A stretch of 59,222 bases of DNA from Ionaspis alba. Its lineage: Eukaryota. The DNA is taken from assembly GCA_964255285.1 (NCBI GenBank), contig CAXUUL010000027.1:1-59222 (forward strand). Reading direction: 5' to 3'. The translations under genes and the position numbers were made by a program. A model generated the notes under the pieces. The model did no database searches, was not told the DNA's origin, and saw nothing but the letters and a program-made list of their open reading frames with translations. Of this stretch, positions 45,816 through 59,222 are shown piece after piece (positions within the stretch are counted from its first letter, which is position 1; each line of letters begins with the position of its first letter).

Positions 45816-47735
45816 CTAGAAACCACCTTTGGACTGAAACCAGGCTTGTGTCTGCTCCACTACAGCGAAGGGGATTGCAAAGATCGGATGAAATGGCTCC
45901 ACTATATCTTCTCGATCATATATCTGCTCATTATTAAACTTTCCGGCATCGGAAGTACAATCGATGTGGAGCCACTGAAATGCGGAGTCGAGTGGCCGTG
46001 CAGAGTTGCCAGGACGCAGGCAGAAGCAAGAGGCATGCTGAGCTGAACTCAATCCGACCAGGGCATAGCACGTGTGATAGCCGTCGACGTGTCTGACAGA
46101 TTATGTTAGTAAGGCTCGGAACACGCAGAATGGATGAACAAGAACTGACTTGCTGGGCTTATCACGAAATCCTCCACCTTCTGATTGGGAACAGCACAAG
46201 ATATAGCGGATAAGGCCGTCTCTACTATAAAGACTACCTGCGCTTGGCTGGGGGCTTCTCGATTCTGGATCAGAATATCCCAGGGATGCCTCTATGAAGG
46301 GCCAACATCCACCAACCCAATGACTATAGCAGGCGTCTACGAGCTTGTTCGTACGACCGGCGAAGCCCCCTTCAGGAGCATATTGGCGAGCTGATATCCA
46401 TGAGACTAGCAGTGGAATATCAAGATACCTAGGCGATATACTCAGTGGCTCTTCTCTTACTCAACAAATTGGCGGTCTTACTTTGGCAGGCTCTCCCTAG
46501 GATCGCCTAGGATACACAGACAACCTAGTGCGCAGAATGCGTATGCTCCGTGAGCTTCGGTGTTTGGGGAGCCCGATATACCGCCTTCATAAGTTTGGCC
46601 TAATAATCCTGAATTAGCCGCGATCACTCATCCAGACTGTCATCCTCACATCTGGATAACCATTCAGGAAGACGGTCAGCAAAGGATGTCAATCCATGCT
46701 GTCTTGCAGGTGCACTGTGGGGTAGCTCCAGCGGCAGATTGAGGAGTGAGACCATGACCATTGAGCAGTATGCACCGCTGAGGTTGTCAGAATGATTATA
46801 GTACATGATTCAAGATTACCAAGCATACCGAACATCTATCTCACCGCCCTCACTGACAGAGAATCCACCATCAGACTGCTTGAGCTTGCCAAGCCACTTC
46901 CAGCTAGATCACGAATGGGGATAAGCATGGCGATAACTTTGAAGTCGTGATCAACTTACAGGGACCTACGATCAATTGAGTTCAAAGCTTCTCGACCTCC
47001 AACCATGGCCAAGCTCAGGATTGCGGCATAAGAAGGAGCACAGTGCGAAAGTTGGCCGTGACCGCCTCCATATCCACCATCAGGATTTTGTGCGGCATTG
47101 AAGGTCTCAATCACCCTAGGCACGTAAATGTTAATTGACAAACGGTACAAGGCTCGCTGGTATGTTTACCTCTCGCGATACTGAGATATGTCCTCGCCCA
47201 GCAGAGAAAGACCAGCCATTGCCCAGTAGACTATCCAAGGACGACTCGCATCGTAGCCAACGTAGCCGCCGGGCATCTCTTCGAGGCTATCATGTAGGAA
47301 GTCGATATGCTTTTGACGCTCCAGATGTGGTAAGCCATGAGCGTTGAAGTCATAGGGGCTCCTGTTAGAGTCATAGGTTCCAGCAAGGAATGGAAGGCAT
47401 TCTTGAACCGTGTTGTCCTGCAGCAGAGAGGTCTCGGTATTCAACAAATCTCGTATCGGCGGTAGGTTGGTAAATAGCTCGGGTATATTTGGTTGGCTCG
47501 CTCTGACAGGCATCTCGACGTTTCTGGGGAACAGATATTCTGTATCTTGGTTTGGTTCCACTAGATCAGACTCCTCTAAGGCATCTAGCTCTTGAACTCT
47601 GGCACTAGGATGTGGTGTGGTATGCTCATCCGGGTTCGTGGATGGATTTCGCCCACTCGTGGGATACGCTCTGGCGGCATTGGACATGAAAAGAACCTTC
47701 CTTCGCTTTGCGGTCGCTTTGATGATTTGGGGCAT
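45816..47735 (-). CDS. RAM1: Protein farnesyltransferase beta subunit
   Basis: Seven exons (introns 47169-47116, 46959-46904, 46828-46778, 46649-46600, 46481-46429, 46149-46093). Motifs DASRPWIVYW, GGYGGGHGQLSH, GEIDVRGAYC, EAHGAYAFC, GRTNKLVDACYSHWVG and DKPSKHVDGYHTCY. Confidence 0.93.
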
Positions 47736-49088
47736 ACGACTGCAGAGTGAAAACGTGAGACATGGGTATAGGCTTGCTATTGTTGTTTAATTTCCTCTTC
47801 ATCCTTTGTTGATATCTATCATTGTTGAGAAGTTTTTCCGGTGCTCGGTTAACAAGATTTCCATGCTAATTGCCATATTCGATGACGACCACATATCCAT
47901 GATCATGCCCTACTCTAACATCTGGCTATCATGCGCACTCAATCCCTTCTGCTCATCATTAGGGCTCTAGAAGTGTTATTCACTCACTTCTCGATGCATG
48001 GAGCGGCAGGATGACGATCAAAGATAGGGCCACACATTACGGTTGATACGCCGTTGGTACTGAGTAGCCTTCGGTTACTGTGGCTATTATTGTCTAAATC
48101 ACGGCCATTGGGTGGCATTCGCAACTTGTGGCCTAGGTCTATCTAATCTCGGGTAAAGCTGTACGACATTGAGGATCACATTGCATGGATTGTCTTCTGC
48201 ACGAGCCACCACCCAAAACAGATGGGGGAAGCAAGGGCGAGAAGTCAACAGTCCGGCAGGGTGCCTCCAACCTGGCTAATGCTCTCCCATGATGCTTCAG
48301 AATGCTACGGCTATCGTGTGCGAGGCGTGTATTCCACGCAAGACCTGAGAATGCTGATGCAAAGGAGAGAAAGAAGGAGAGCCTTGGTATCAGCCGGAGA
48401 TGATTTATGCGTGGGGATAGGGTCGGCTCACAGCGAGACTCGGGGAGACCGTGAGGTCGTATCTCGAAACTCGTGCGACTGCAGGTGCCCTTGGTCCTTC
48501 CTAAGCAAACAATAATTTCATCGAAATCCACGGAAACAATTGCGACAGTGATGGGGTGGTCGAAGGACGGTCGAATACTGCCATACAATCTCCTATCAGA
48601 GGAAATCAGTCGAGTTCTTTGAGTACATCAACGAGGCTACTTCGCAATTCAGTCCGTATCCTGGAGGGAGTGAAGTTGAACGCCCCGCTGTCCCTTATCA
48701 GTCTTCGTACAGCGCAAGCTTTTCCTCCTTCCTCCCCAGAACCCAGCCGTCCTTGGCACGCAAACCAACGACGGGTGGTTGCCCGCCCTCCCAAGGCCTC
48801 TCCATCCAATCAGTCCTGCCGCTGCTCCTCCATCGTGAACGTCCTCCACCAGCCATTTCGCTCCGCTAATGCCGGCCGAACGATGCGGGGTCTCGTCGTC
48901 TAACTGCGTCGGGGATGGCTCCTCATCGCCGTCAGTGAGATGCTCACCGCTTCGTTCGGGCAAGCCCACTTCTTACTCTCGATGCTCGAAACTGAGCCAT
49001 CTCGGGTTCGTCGCTTTTCTCATCAGTCATCCTCCACAAAACAATTCCAGTTTCTCTGATCTATCGTTGACGTCGTCGCTCGGTCGCC

Positions 49089-51534
49089 ATGGCCAACCCG
49101 GACGACCTCTCGGGCTTCGAATACGATCCTCGAAACGGCCATTTCCAGTACAGTACGAGCCTGTCATGGCCTATTCAGCAAACCGACCCCAACCCACCTC
49201 CGCACAACGCCGGTTTGCCCTTCAAGCGGTCAACAAGTCCATTGCCACTTCAAACCACGAGCGCCCAATCCTTCCAACAGACCGCACAAATCCACTCCGC
49301 CGCTTTGATGTCAGACTGGCAGATGACCTCTCAAGGACCAAGTCCGTCCTTTGCTCTTGATACTACTTCCTTCTCCCAGCAACCCTTCGACTCCTATGGT
49401 GTTTCCTTCCAAGCTTCTCCGACTGATTACATGGCCCCGCACGCGAGTCTCGAAGCCAGTATGGATGCGAACATGAGCGCCGGTCTACCAATGGACCCTT
49501 CCTACCTTACCTTCCCGAACGATATGAACCAAGTTCCATTCAATTGGCAGGAGATAAATGATCTGTTAGGATTCCAGACGACCAGCAACATGGCGGACAT
49601 GAATCAAGCACAGCAACCATTTCAGGCGCCATCACCCAGCGAAGCTTATCTGAGCGATACGCATCTCGAGGTCAGGTCGCTCACCAGCTCTAGCAGTGAT
49701 AATGGATGGGGTATCATTGAACAAGTACGACCACACTATGGCACTATCTCCCATCCGGAGCAGACTCTTCATCCCCGTACTTTCTCCGACTCGTCCTTCT
49801 CAGACGTTGAACAACACTCGCGGAATTCGTGGGACGGTTTTGTTGAAGTTCCCAACGCGATTAGCTCGCCTGGTACCGAGAGCGCGGGTGAATTGGATCT
49901 CTACGCTGATCGAAGCCACTTCCGGGAGCTCGAAAGACCTAGTCCTCCCGCTGTCATTACCACAGCCTTGGTGCAGCCTATCGCGATCAGACAACCTGGC
50001 GCGGCTCAGCGATCACCTCCTTCTCCGGTCCAGCGGAGACAGTCCCGCAAGAACTTGCCAGTGAAATCCAGCAAAGCCGTCACGCGTCGACCTTCTCAAA
50101 TCACCAAAACTGATATCGAAAAGAGAGTGGGAAGAAGGAAGGGACCCTTGAGACCGGAGCAGCGGAAGCAAGCGGGGGAGATTAGAAAATTGGGTGCTTG
50201 CCTTCGGTGTAAATTCTTGAAGAAAACAGTAAGCTTTCGACTATCTCGCTGTTAGTAAGTGCGAGTGGCTGATATTCAGTAGTGTGACACCGGAGAACCT
50301 TGTGCAGGGTGTCAACCAGCACATGCGCGACTCTGGCAGGTACCATGTACGAGGATAGACATTAAGGATATTGCATATTTTATGAAGGACTGGAAAGCCG
50401 ATTACGAACGTCATGTAAGCCTTGGATTTTCGGTTGGTAACATCAAAGGCTTCTCGGACCAAGAACGGACACTGTGGATTACCCATGGATATGGGGAGAT
50501 GCTCCCAGTTCAAGCACGGGAGGTCTATGTTCGCGATGAAAGATGTTTTGGTCTCAATTGGGTCGAAACGTCACAAGGCAAGATGGATGATCACGAAGTT
50601 GATACTGCCAAGCTTTCGGCTGGCATGGAAGGCATTTCCTCTGCCATGTTGTCTGATTACCTTGACCGCCACATTGATGGAGGATTCGACCGTTTCGTCA
50701 CTGAATATTTTGAGGGTACTCCGTTCATCACCCAGATTCTCAAGACAGCACATCGGTACTGGCTCCGCGAGAAGACCCCGGTCATCAGAAAGGCGTTGAA
50801 GCTTGTGCTGGCCTACAACCTCACCCAACACGTCACATTGGTTGCTGGTATCCCCGACGAGGAGGGCTTCGCTGGCAAGATCTATGACGAAAACTCTAAA
50901 TACCAAGGCGAGACTATTGCTCCGGTCATGATCAACTTCCAAGTCAAGTGTGCAATGGCAGACATGTGGCGTGAGCTGCAGAAAGACATCTTGGAGGAGC
51001 TGTCGAGTCTCTACTCGAGTGTGTATGGCAAGGATAAGCTCAAGCACTGGCCAACAATCTTCATGCTTGCCTCAATTCTTCTTGCTGTCTGGGAAGAGAT
51101 GCAGTTCGACTGCCGCTACCGTGTTCCGGTAAGCTCCGCTCCCAATATCAATTCCACTTACACTTTGCTAATGATGATAGGATGCTGCTGTGGTGGACAA
51201 GTTCTGCAGTGACATGGAGACTACTCCTGTCGGCGTCATTGTCGGTCTCTTCCAGGCGATATCACAGAAACTTCCCTCATTCAGCGAATGGGACACTTCA
51301 AAACACCACATGGCTCTCAACTCCAACCCAGCCGTTTGTGATGCCATGGAGGAGGTTCGCGACCATGTCGCCCGTCACGGTCCGCTCTCATTCCCAAATC
51401 TCGGTATTATCAATACATACTAATCCTGTATAGACAAATACCTTAGAACTCGAGCTCAAGCAACATTTGACCGCGAGGATTTCGATTCGTTATCCAACAA
51501 ATTTGTGTCCAAGCTCGTCATACGAGCCAACTGA
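49089..51534 (+). CDS. Zn2Cys6-like fungal transcription factor with internal zinc cluster
   Basis: Introns 50229-50282, 51129-51180 and 51380-51433. Basic region RVGRRKGPLRPEQR followed by ACLRCKFLKKTCDTGEPCAGCQPAHARLWQVPCTR (six Cys). Ends SKLVIRAN. Confidence 0.85.
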
Positions 51535-52254
51535 ATTTCCTTCGTGCTTCCTCGCGCCATCCATCACCTTCCAGCCTTTCCAAAGATTTATGCCACATAC
51601 AACCACGTCTTACGTCAGATCCACAAACATCCAGGCTAGAATTTCCTACCACAACGAACGCACACGCACTAGACACACACTTTCTCTCTCTCTGTATTCT
51701 GGACCGCTTACCACACCTTGACGGCCATCCCATTGTTACTATACAGCGCCCCATTGAGCGAGTCCTATTTTTATGTCTTCACGAGTCGAAATGATCGGAA
51801 TGATCACGATGGTTATGAGTTGCTAAGCTTTTATGTTTGCGACACCGAATGGTAGAGGTTGAGGAAATTTTCCATTGGATAATGTTTGCATGATTGCTGG
51901 GAAGGAAATGTGTATATATTGCTATATTCAATGAAATCTTCGGCTTTTCGTGGCGCATAATTGTTCCCATTCAAATATCCGATTCTCACATGGATCAAAT
52001 GCCCTCCCCACCATACGCTATGTTGACTATCAATGGTTCCACTGGACTCACTAAATAGTGAATAACATTGATGGCCTTGGACTTCACTCAACCTTTAAAT
52101 CAAGGAAGATATTCGATTCTAACTACAAATACATCGAAGTGATAAAGTCGAGCATGACGTCGTGGTATCGTCTGGCTTAGCACCCCAGACCGTGATCCTA
52201 AACACCACGCTCGACAGCCCGCACACACAATGCAACCGACTCTTTCGCATGCCT

Positions 52255-54092
52255 TCATGACCTTCCCAGACCAAGGAACACGAGCAATGAGACATTCATT
52301 ACCGCAATGACCAACCATATCAATACCGCAAATCCCGAGACGATCCAATGATTCCGCATTCCCACACGCTCCACTCGCAATGCCTCAGCTTCGTCATCAT
52401 CACCGTCTCCCCTTCGGCCAACAGTCATATACTTGTTTCGGCACGTAAAATAGATGAGCGGGGCACTGACAAATGGCAAGATGACACTAAGAGCCACCTG
52501 CGTTCCGTTCAGTGCTGCACTCAAGCCGTCCATACCCACAGCTCCTGCAATGATGATGCTAGGTGTGATGCTGATGCTCCGTGTCAAAAGTCGTCTGAGC
52601 CAAGGTGCAATGGTCCAATTTAGTGCACCTTCGCTGACCATTTGTCCCGCAATAGTGCAGACTATACCAGCCGATGTACCGGATAGGAGAAGTGCAAGAG
52701 CAAAGATGGTGCCAGCGGCTGGGGCGAGGCTGTTGGAAAGGAGGTGGTAGATGTCGAAGAGGTTCGCGTCTTGAGCGGACGAATTAGATGACAATGATGC
52801 GCCGGCCACTATCAGTATGGCGCTGTTGACGAAGAGAGCAAAGATGCAGAGGGAGAGAGCGACTTCGGTTGTGGAGTAGTGGAGGCAGGATTTGATTGCC
52901 GCAATGGAAGGACGGTATATTTCCTTCTCCGCGTTCACCAGAGATTCTTGAGAAGTAGTGTGATTGCCGGCTGTAATATCAAAGTCACGGAGCCGTGCTT
53001 GCACAATCCCACTACCCAGATAGAGTGAGTGTGGCATGACAGTCGCGCCGAGAATTCCACAGCTTAGATAGATGCCTTGGCCGTTGACGATGGCGGAAGA
53101 GGGTAGATAGCCCTTGAAGACCTCACCCACGGATGTGTTTTGAATTAGAGATAGTTGAATACAGAAGCAGATAACCACGCCAAGGACCAGAAGTATTACA
53201 AAGACTTCAAAATAGCGCAAACGCCGCATCGAGCCTTTTGGATTGTAGAAGAGAAGAATGATGAGGACGTCGACTAGTGTGAGAGCACAGCCTGCGACGA
53301 GTGGGATATGGAGGAGAAGGTTCAAGGCAATGGCTGAGCCGATGACCTACAGTTCATTAGCATAAAGGCCATTCGCTATGATCAGGTGACCAAAGGCAAA
53401 CAACGATAATTTTCCTCTATTCCTTTTCTTACCTCAGCTATGTCGGTAGCGATGATTGCTGCCTCTGCAAGTATGTACAAGAAGATATTTAGCCACTTGG
53501 GCGTATGTGCCCTGCAATGCTCTGCCAGGTTCAATCCAGTAACCGTCCCCAGACGCACAGCCAGCGATTGCAAAACAATAGCAAAAATGTTGGACATGAG
53601 AACGATAAAGAGCAACTTGAATTTTGTGGAGGCTCCGGCAGTCACATCGGTGGCGTAGTTGCCAGGGTCGATATATGCCACTGAAACCATGAAGCCAGGA
53701 CCCACGAATTTGGTGAACTTGATGACTATCTGAACGAAACGCCTGACGTTCGTTTCTAGGTCTGCAAAGTAGCCTGATCTACCTCCCGATGGAGGTCTTC
53801 CAACTTCAGAGGAGTATTTGGGACTCATCTTGGACCTGTCCGGCAGCTCAGGATTCGATGGAGCGAATGCATTAGTGCATTTGTCCCTGCCTTTCTCTGG
53901 CTGGTTTCCAAGCTGAAGAACCGAAGTAGCGTTTTGGTTTCTTTCCGCTAAAGACATAGGATTCTGTTCCACCCTCAGGTTTGCTATACCGTTAAGATCT
54001 TCTCTAGTGGTGAGATCTCCAGCCAAGGCAGGAGGACTCTGGTTCCAGCCGTCATGCTCAAAAGCATCATCAGTTCGGGAAGGGCAATTCAT
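52255..54092 (-). CDS. NRAMP-family divalent metal (Mn2+) transporter, Smf1/Smf2-like
   Basis: Intron 53432-53347. Motifs GPGFMVSVAYIDPGNYATD, AIIATDIAEVIGSAIA, ILGATVMPHSLYLGS and CTIAGQMVSEG. Confidence 0.93.
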
Positions 54093-54375
54093 GATTAAGT
54101 CAGACAATACAGAAGATCTTGATTGAACAGAAGAAAGAAACAGTGAGTAGAGACAGAGACAAAGAGGAGAATGAAGCCAATGACCTGGTCTTATGTAATA
54201 GTGATTGGCAGCACGTTCAGTCTTGAAGTCATGGCATTATTGGTTGGTATAAGCTCGTGGACCGATGGCGGTTTCCCCCGACGGTCTATTCCCCTTCGAG
54301 GTCATTCTTACGTCGGCTCGTCACTGCCAGCCTCTTCTCGGAGCATCGTGCTTCCGAGAACTGCTCGTGATGCAG

Positions 54376-54579
54376 CGCGGGGAAGACTGAGCGACAGACT
54401 CGCTCAATGAACGCGGGGAAGATGATGGAAGAGAAAGACATTTATTGATTAGCTTTACAGAGTAACAGTTGTCTGCTTCTTCCCGCACATGCTTGCTTGC
54501 ACATGCAATGGCAGCAGAGTTTAGTGTGGGTTGGGTGCGCTGGCGGGACTATCACCCTGCCAACCTCAAGATTCCCCGC
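54376..54579. promoter_or_regulatory. Cluster of GCGGGGAA motifs (CreA/Mig1-like SYGGRG core) in a divergent promoter
   Basis: CGCGGGGAAGA at 54376-54386 and 54412-54422, plus an inverted TTCCCCGC at 54572-54579. Confidence 0.4.
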
Positions 54580-54867
54580 ACTAGGCTGCATTTAGGACCA
54601 AGTAAATACTTCAACCACCAACGGAATGTAGACACATCGACTACCATAGCTAATATCGATATTATTGCTTCGCTATGTTTGCTTCTCAAGTATTCTGAGT
54701 GGTTTATCATGGTTTTGTTATGGTCTCTAAGTACGCCATGACGCCTTATTGTTCCTGAATTCTTTCGAGCATCACTCATAACGCAGCACCAACGAGCAAT
54801 ACTCGGAGTACATCCTACTTTCAACGCATAGAACAATTTCTTATCGCCAAGCCATAATACCTTCATC

Positions 54868-57790
54868 ATGGTCGCGTCTACACCAGCTGGTCCCCAAATC
54901 AATGGCCACCAACACAAAAGGTCGACCTCGTCCGTCTTGAAAGCCATGATTCCGCGAAACCACAAACGCAATCCTTCCAATGGCTTGGCATTATCGTCCA
55001 AAAAGTCAGAGAACATCAGCCCAGAGTCAATCGAACCCTCGAAAGCCCTTCCAATGTTACCTTCCGACCATCCACACGCCAAACTCCCCTTGAAGGAACT
55101 CAACCAAAACTGCGATAGGACGCGGTCCTCACCTCGCAAGTCGATCGAAGTGTATGACGAGGAAAAGTATAAAACGGAAAGAATACGTGACTGGGTCAGA
55201 AGTTCAAGTCCGGTCGCCGACAAACCGGTCGAGCAACCGACTGAGCCCCGCGTTCTAGAATCAGATAAGACCAGAAAGCCAAAGAAGTCGAAGTCGTCTA
55301 CGAGTCTTTCGGCATTTCTGTCAAGACCGAAGTCCTCTAAGGGAGGCAAGAGAGAGAATGATAAGCAATCGAAAGAGAAAGAGAACATGACGCCACCCAG
55401 CTCCGCGACCACGGCACCCCCACCACCAATATGGGCACAATTCGCAACTCAACCAAAGCTGGATCTAGGTAGNNNNNNNNNNNNNNNNNNNNNNNNNNNN
55501 NNNNNNNNNNNNNNNNNNNNNNNNNNNNNNNNNNNNNNNNNNNNNNNNNNNNNNNNNNNNNNNNNNNNNNNNCCCCACCACCAATATGGGCACAATTCGC
55601 AACTCAACCAAAGCTGGATCTAGGTAGTCGTACCACCAAGATACCTTTGAATGATAAATTGGAGGTCGAGAAAGAGATGGCTCTTTACACGCCGCACGAT
55701 TACTCTCCTTCGAAGGGTCGCAATTTTTACGACTATCAACCAACACTTTCTCAGAAAGCTGAGCCTAAAGCACGCCCCAAGTCAGCATACTCCCCGTCGG
55801 GTGAGTTCCATCTAACTCTGCGAACACGATATCAGGCTAACAAAGCACAAATCCAGCTTTTAGACAACAGTCGCGATCCAATGGTCCGGTCGAATGCTCG
55901 AGGCCGTCAACTCAAGGGCAAGACACAGCTTCGTCCGGTAATTCCTCTGACCTAGATCCTCGTAAGGCCAGCAACGACTCTTCGCAAGGTGGCATAACAA
56001 TGGCCAAGCGAGGGTCTCGCGTGTTGGCAGCAGTAACAGCCTGGAACGGGAAGGCAAAAGAGCCTACGGTTGCATCGAAACCTGTCGTATTGGATGCGGA
56101 AGCAGTCGAGAGTGCCTTTGAGAGTTTACTCGTAAGTCTCTATCCTGAAACCATGAAGTATGCTCCTGACAAGTAAAGGATTCGAGAAACATCGACTGGA
56201 AAATGCGTAAACAGTTGAGGGCACTCGATACAAATATCAAAGCCAGCTTGGTCAAGCAGGACAAGTCTGGGTCTGCGTCTAGCGTGGATGGCCTTACAGG
56301 TCAAACCGGCAACCTGCCTCGACCTACTACTGCACAAATCTCCAAGACCGATGATGTTACCAACCAAGAACAAAGCTCACAGAGCAAAGAAGCAGGCAGT
56401 CCCAGGAAGTCGAGACCTAGGAGTTTGACCTTTACCTTGAGCAAAGGAGATGCGTCGTCAAAGAAGCAGAAATCTGCTCGAGCTGCTTCTCACGTTCGGA
56501 ATAAATCAGCAGATCATAGACTCAATCATTCGGCATCATCTAAGTCACTTAGTTCTACCGCCGTCTCTCAGGGAGTTTCGTTTCTCAACCGTACACCGAA
56601 ACAAGAGGTACCGGAAGACTTCATCTCTTACTTGCAGAAAGTGCAGAAGCCTCAACTCGTCGAGGTCGGGCGACTACAGAAACTACGACAACTTCTTCGG
56701 AACGAGACAGTCTCATGGGTGGATTCTTTCATCACGAAAGGTGGAATGACAGAGATTGTTAGCCTCCTATACAGAATTATCGATATTGAGTGGAGGTCAG
56801 TCAAATCAAACTCACCAATGTAAGACGCACGCTAATCTTGGACCACAATGCAGAGAAGAGCATGAGGACACTCTCCTCCATCACACCCTCACCTGTCTTA
56901 AAGCTCTTCTCACCACATCCCTTGCAATGACGCACCTCCACGACGTTCAATCAACTCTCTTCCCTACTCTTCTTCGTCTCCTCTTCTCCTCCGGCGAAGA
57001 GAAGAAAGGCCCATCAGAATTCTCCACACGAAACATCATCATATCTCTCCTCTTCACCTACTTATCTGCGTCGCCTACAGCCGCTCGAGCTCGGACCCTA
57101 CTCTCCTACATTCGTGATCCGCCACCAAAAGACGACGCCCAGCTCCCTATCTTCATCGCCGACATGCACCGTCCGCGTCCCTACCGAGTTTGGTGTAAGG
57201 AGATCACTGATGTTACGAAAGAGGTCTTCTGGATCTTTCTGCACCACATGAACGTCATCCCCTACCCCGTACTACCCCAAAGCTCGGCTGGAGATAGTAC
57301 GACAGCCGAAGATGCCTACACAACTGCCCACTTCCCCACACCACGTCCTCCCGTTCCAGCGGCTCCTTACGTCGGCGGTGTGGAATGGGAAGCCACGACC
57401 TATCTTGCCACACATATCGATCTGCTCAACGGCCTCATTGCCTCCCTGCCTACCCGCGAAGAACGTAACGCTCTCCGTCAAGAACTCAAAGACAGCGGCT
57501 TTGAGAAGGTCATGGGTGGCACTTTACGGACTTGCAAGGAGAAATTCTACGGTGGAGTGCATGCAGGACTGAGCACGTGGGTTGGTGCCGCGAAGGAGGA
57601 CGGCTGGGCGTGGAGGGACGTCAGAGAGGGGCCGCCGAGAGAGGAGAGAACGAGGACGAGAAGCTCGAGTCCGAAGAAGAAGGAGAAGCCGCCGATGTTG
57701 GAGATGCCGAAGCTGGAGTTAGGGAATGGAGGTGGAAAGTCTGGTGAAGGCGATGGGGCAGGTGGTGGGATTGGAGAGGGCTGGCTTTAA
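54868..57790 (+). CDS. Formin-like Rho-GTPase-binding (GBD) domain protein without FH1/FH2
   Basis: After collapsing the duplicated gap flanks and removing introns 55801-55856, 56132-56178 and 56796-56853 the frame is continuous. It contains ESAFESLLDSRNI, PEDFISYL, LQKLRQLLRNETVSWVDSFITKGG and EWREEHEDTLLHHTLTCLKAL, which resembles the diaphanous GBD armadillo region. Confidence 0.8.
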
Positions 57791-59222
57791 TATATGTGCT
57801 AGGCTGTGGGGAATTGGCTCTGTGAGAGATTTGTTTCTTGATGTCATTAGGGTTTGGGTATATTTTTGGTCACGAGGCGATGATTCAGGGATGCGTTGTG
57901 GATGAGATCGAATTGTATACAGTTGTTCACGACAGTCACGAGTTCATGCAACATTGAGTTTCGAAGTCTGGACTTGGATGCCAAGAGTTTGAATTCAATG
58001 CTATGCAATATGCTTCTGCCTCAATCTCAATGCTGGCTTCTTATGTAGAGTCCTGTCAGCAGTACCTGTCGTCGGTTTCCGCCAATGTGATTTCCACAAC
58101 TTCCGCTCCTTTGTCTCTAAATCCTAGTCTCTTGCACCGATCGTGATACTTAGTCTGTCCCATGGTATGCCCATCTGTGTCAGGTGGTACCAAACACGAG
58201 CTTCAAAGTTCCCTCGAGCAATACCGATTCGTCATCTTCGAACCTCTCCATATCTTTGATCCATTTATGGTGGCGTGTGCAGTTTGAAATATCTCGGAAA
58301 TTGACTTCTTTTCGTCGACACTTACAAAAACCTCAGCGATGGACAGCGGACCTGAATCGAAGATCACAAGCTTCCTGAGACTATCGTAGTCTTGTACTTG
58401 GCGTTGTTTTTCATCATGTAGACCTTGTCACAACAAATGTGAGTTCGCAAGCCTCGCTGTTTCCATCATGAAGGAGAGAATGAGACGAAGAGTCAGACAT
58501 TCAACATGATCACTGCGGACATTCTCATTCCATGTTCAGATCTTGAAAGATAAGGATTCTGTCTCCAGATCTGGAAGGAGGTATGTGGTAGTCTAGTATA
58601 GCATAGACTTATTGTGATGCCGCATCGTGGTCTCCTCAATATCTTGTTGCTCTCAACAGGGAAGTTCCCGTAGTGGTATCATCAAGGCACGCAGGAGGCA
58701 GGTGTGTCGAATAGCCGATGTCGTTCTCTACTTTTCTCCGCTTCCTATCCTCGTGGTATCAATAGACAAAGGCTAAGAGAATCGTTCAATGAAACGACGA
58801 GGGCGATCTAATAAGAGGACGAGAAGCGTTGAGCACATGAAACTGCCGATCAAGCGTGGCAAACCTTCTTGATGAAGCGCTTTGGCTCCAATTGGACGAT
58901 TACGGCTGACACAATCACCGCAGGAGAAGGGGACACGAAAAGTTTCAAAGATGAATCACGTTACTCTTGACCACAGTTAAGGTTTTATATAATTTGAACT
59001 GCACAAAAGTCTACATTTCCGGTATCCTTGGTGCTGTGGAAATCATTCAACGTTGGAATGACGGGACTATTGTACAGGAATGAAAGAGTAGTATTGGCAG
59101 TCTTTGGACAGGACAGCAGGCTCTCGACGTGAAAAGAATCACCAACAAAACAAGGGAAACACCTATCCAGACTTGGCTTGATGGATATTGAGCCTATCAG
59201 AACGTACAGGACCTCGACCAAA

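Noticed and set aside
57950..59222. Possible degenerate gene or pseudogene at the window end
   Set aside because: The minus-strand frames I translated are short, stop-interrupted and unrecognisable; blastx is needed.

Overview
Eukaryotic, intron-rich DNA from a filamentous ascomycete (Pezizomycotina), judged from short GT-AG introns with CTRAY branch sites and from gene content. It is a gene-dense housekeeping region with 19 supportable protein-coding loci: vosA (velvet, 3' truncated), SAS3-type MYST acetyltransferase, complex I MWFE/NDUFA1 subunit (absent from the ORF track), arylamine N-acetyltransferase, an F-box protein, SRP40, SEC3, an ornithine-cyclodeaminase/mu-crystallin protein, an AIG2-like GGCT protein, a SET methyltransferase, VPS60, a SAPS/Sit4-associated protein, ETP1/BRAP2, polyubiquitin, a small dsRBD-like protein, RAM1, a Zn2Cys6-like transcription factor, an NRAMP transporter and a formin-GBD-like protein. 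There are four 100-N scaffold gaps; two have duplicated flanks and look artefactual. I see no convincing transposon, tRNA, rRNA or CRISPR. The most notable observations are: (i) an in-frame alternative terminal exon for the SAPS gene, (ii) a SAS3 PHD finger that exists only after splicing while the unspliced frame also stays open, (iii) a 4-nt microexon, (iv) an ~8.8 kb gene-free region upstream of vosA that may hold non-coding transcripts, and (v) recurrent local C-rich to G-rich strand-skew flips. All gene identities come from motif recognition by eye, not database searches.
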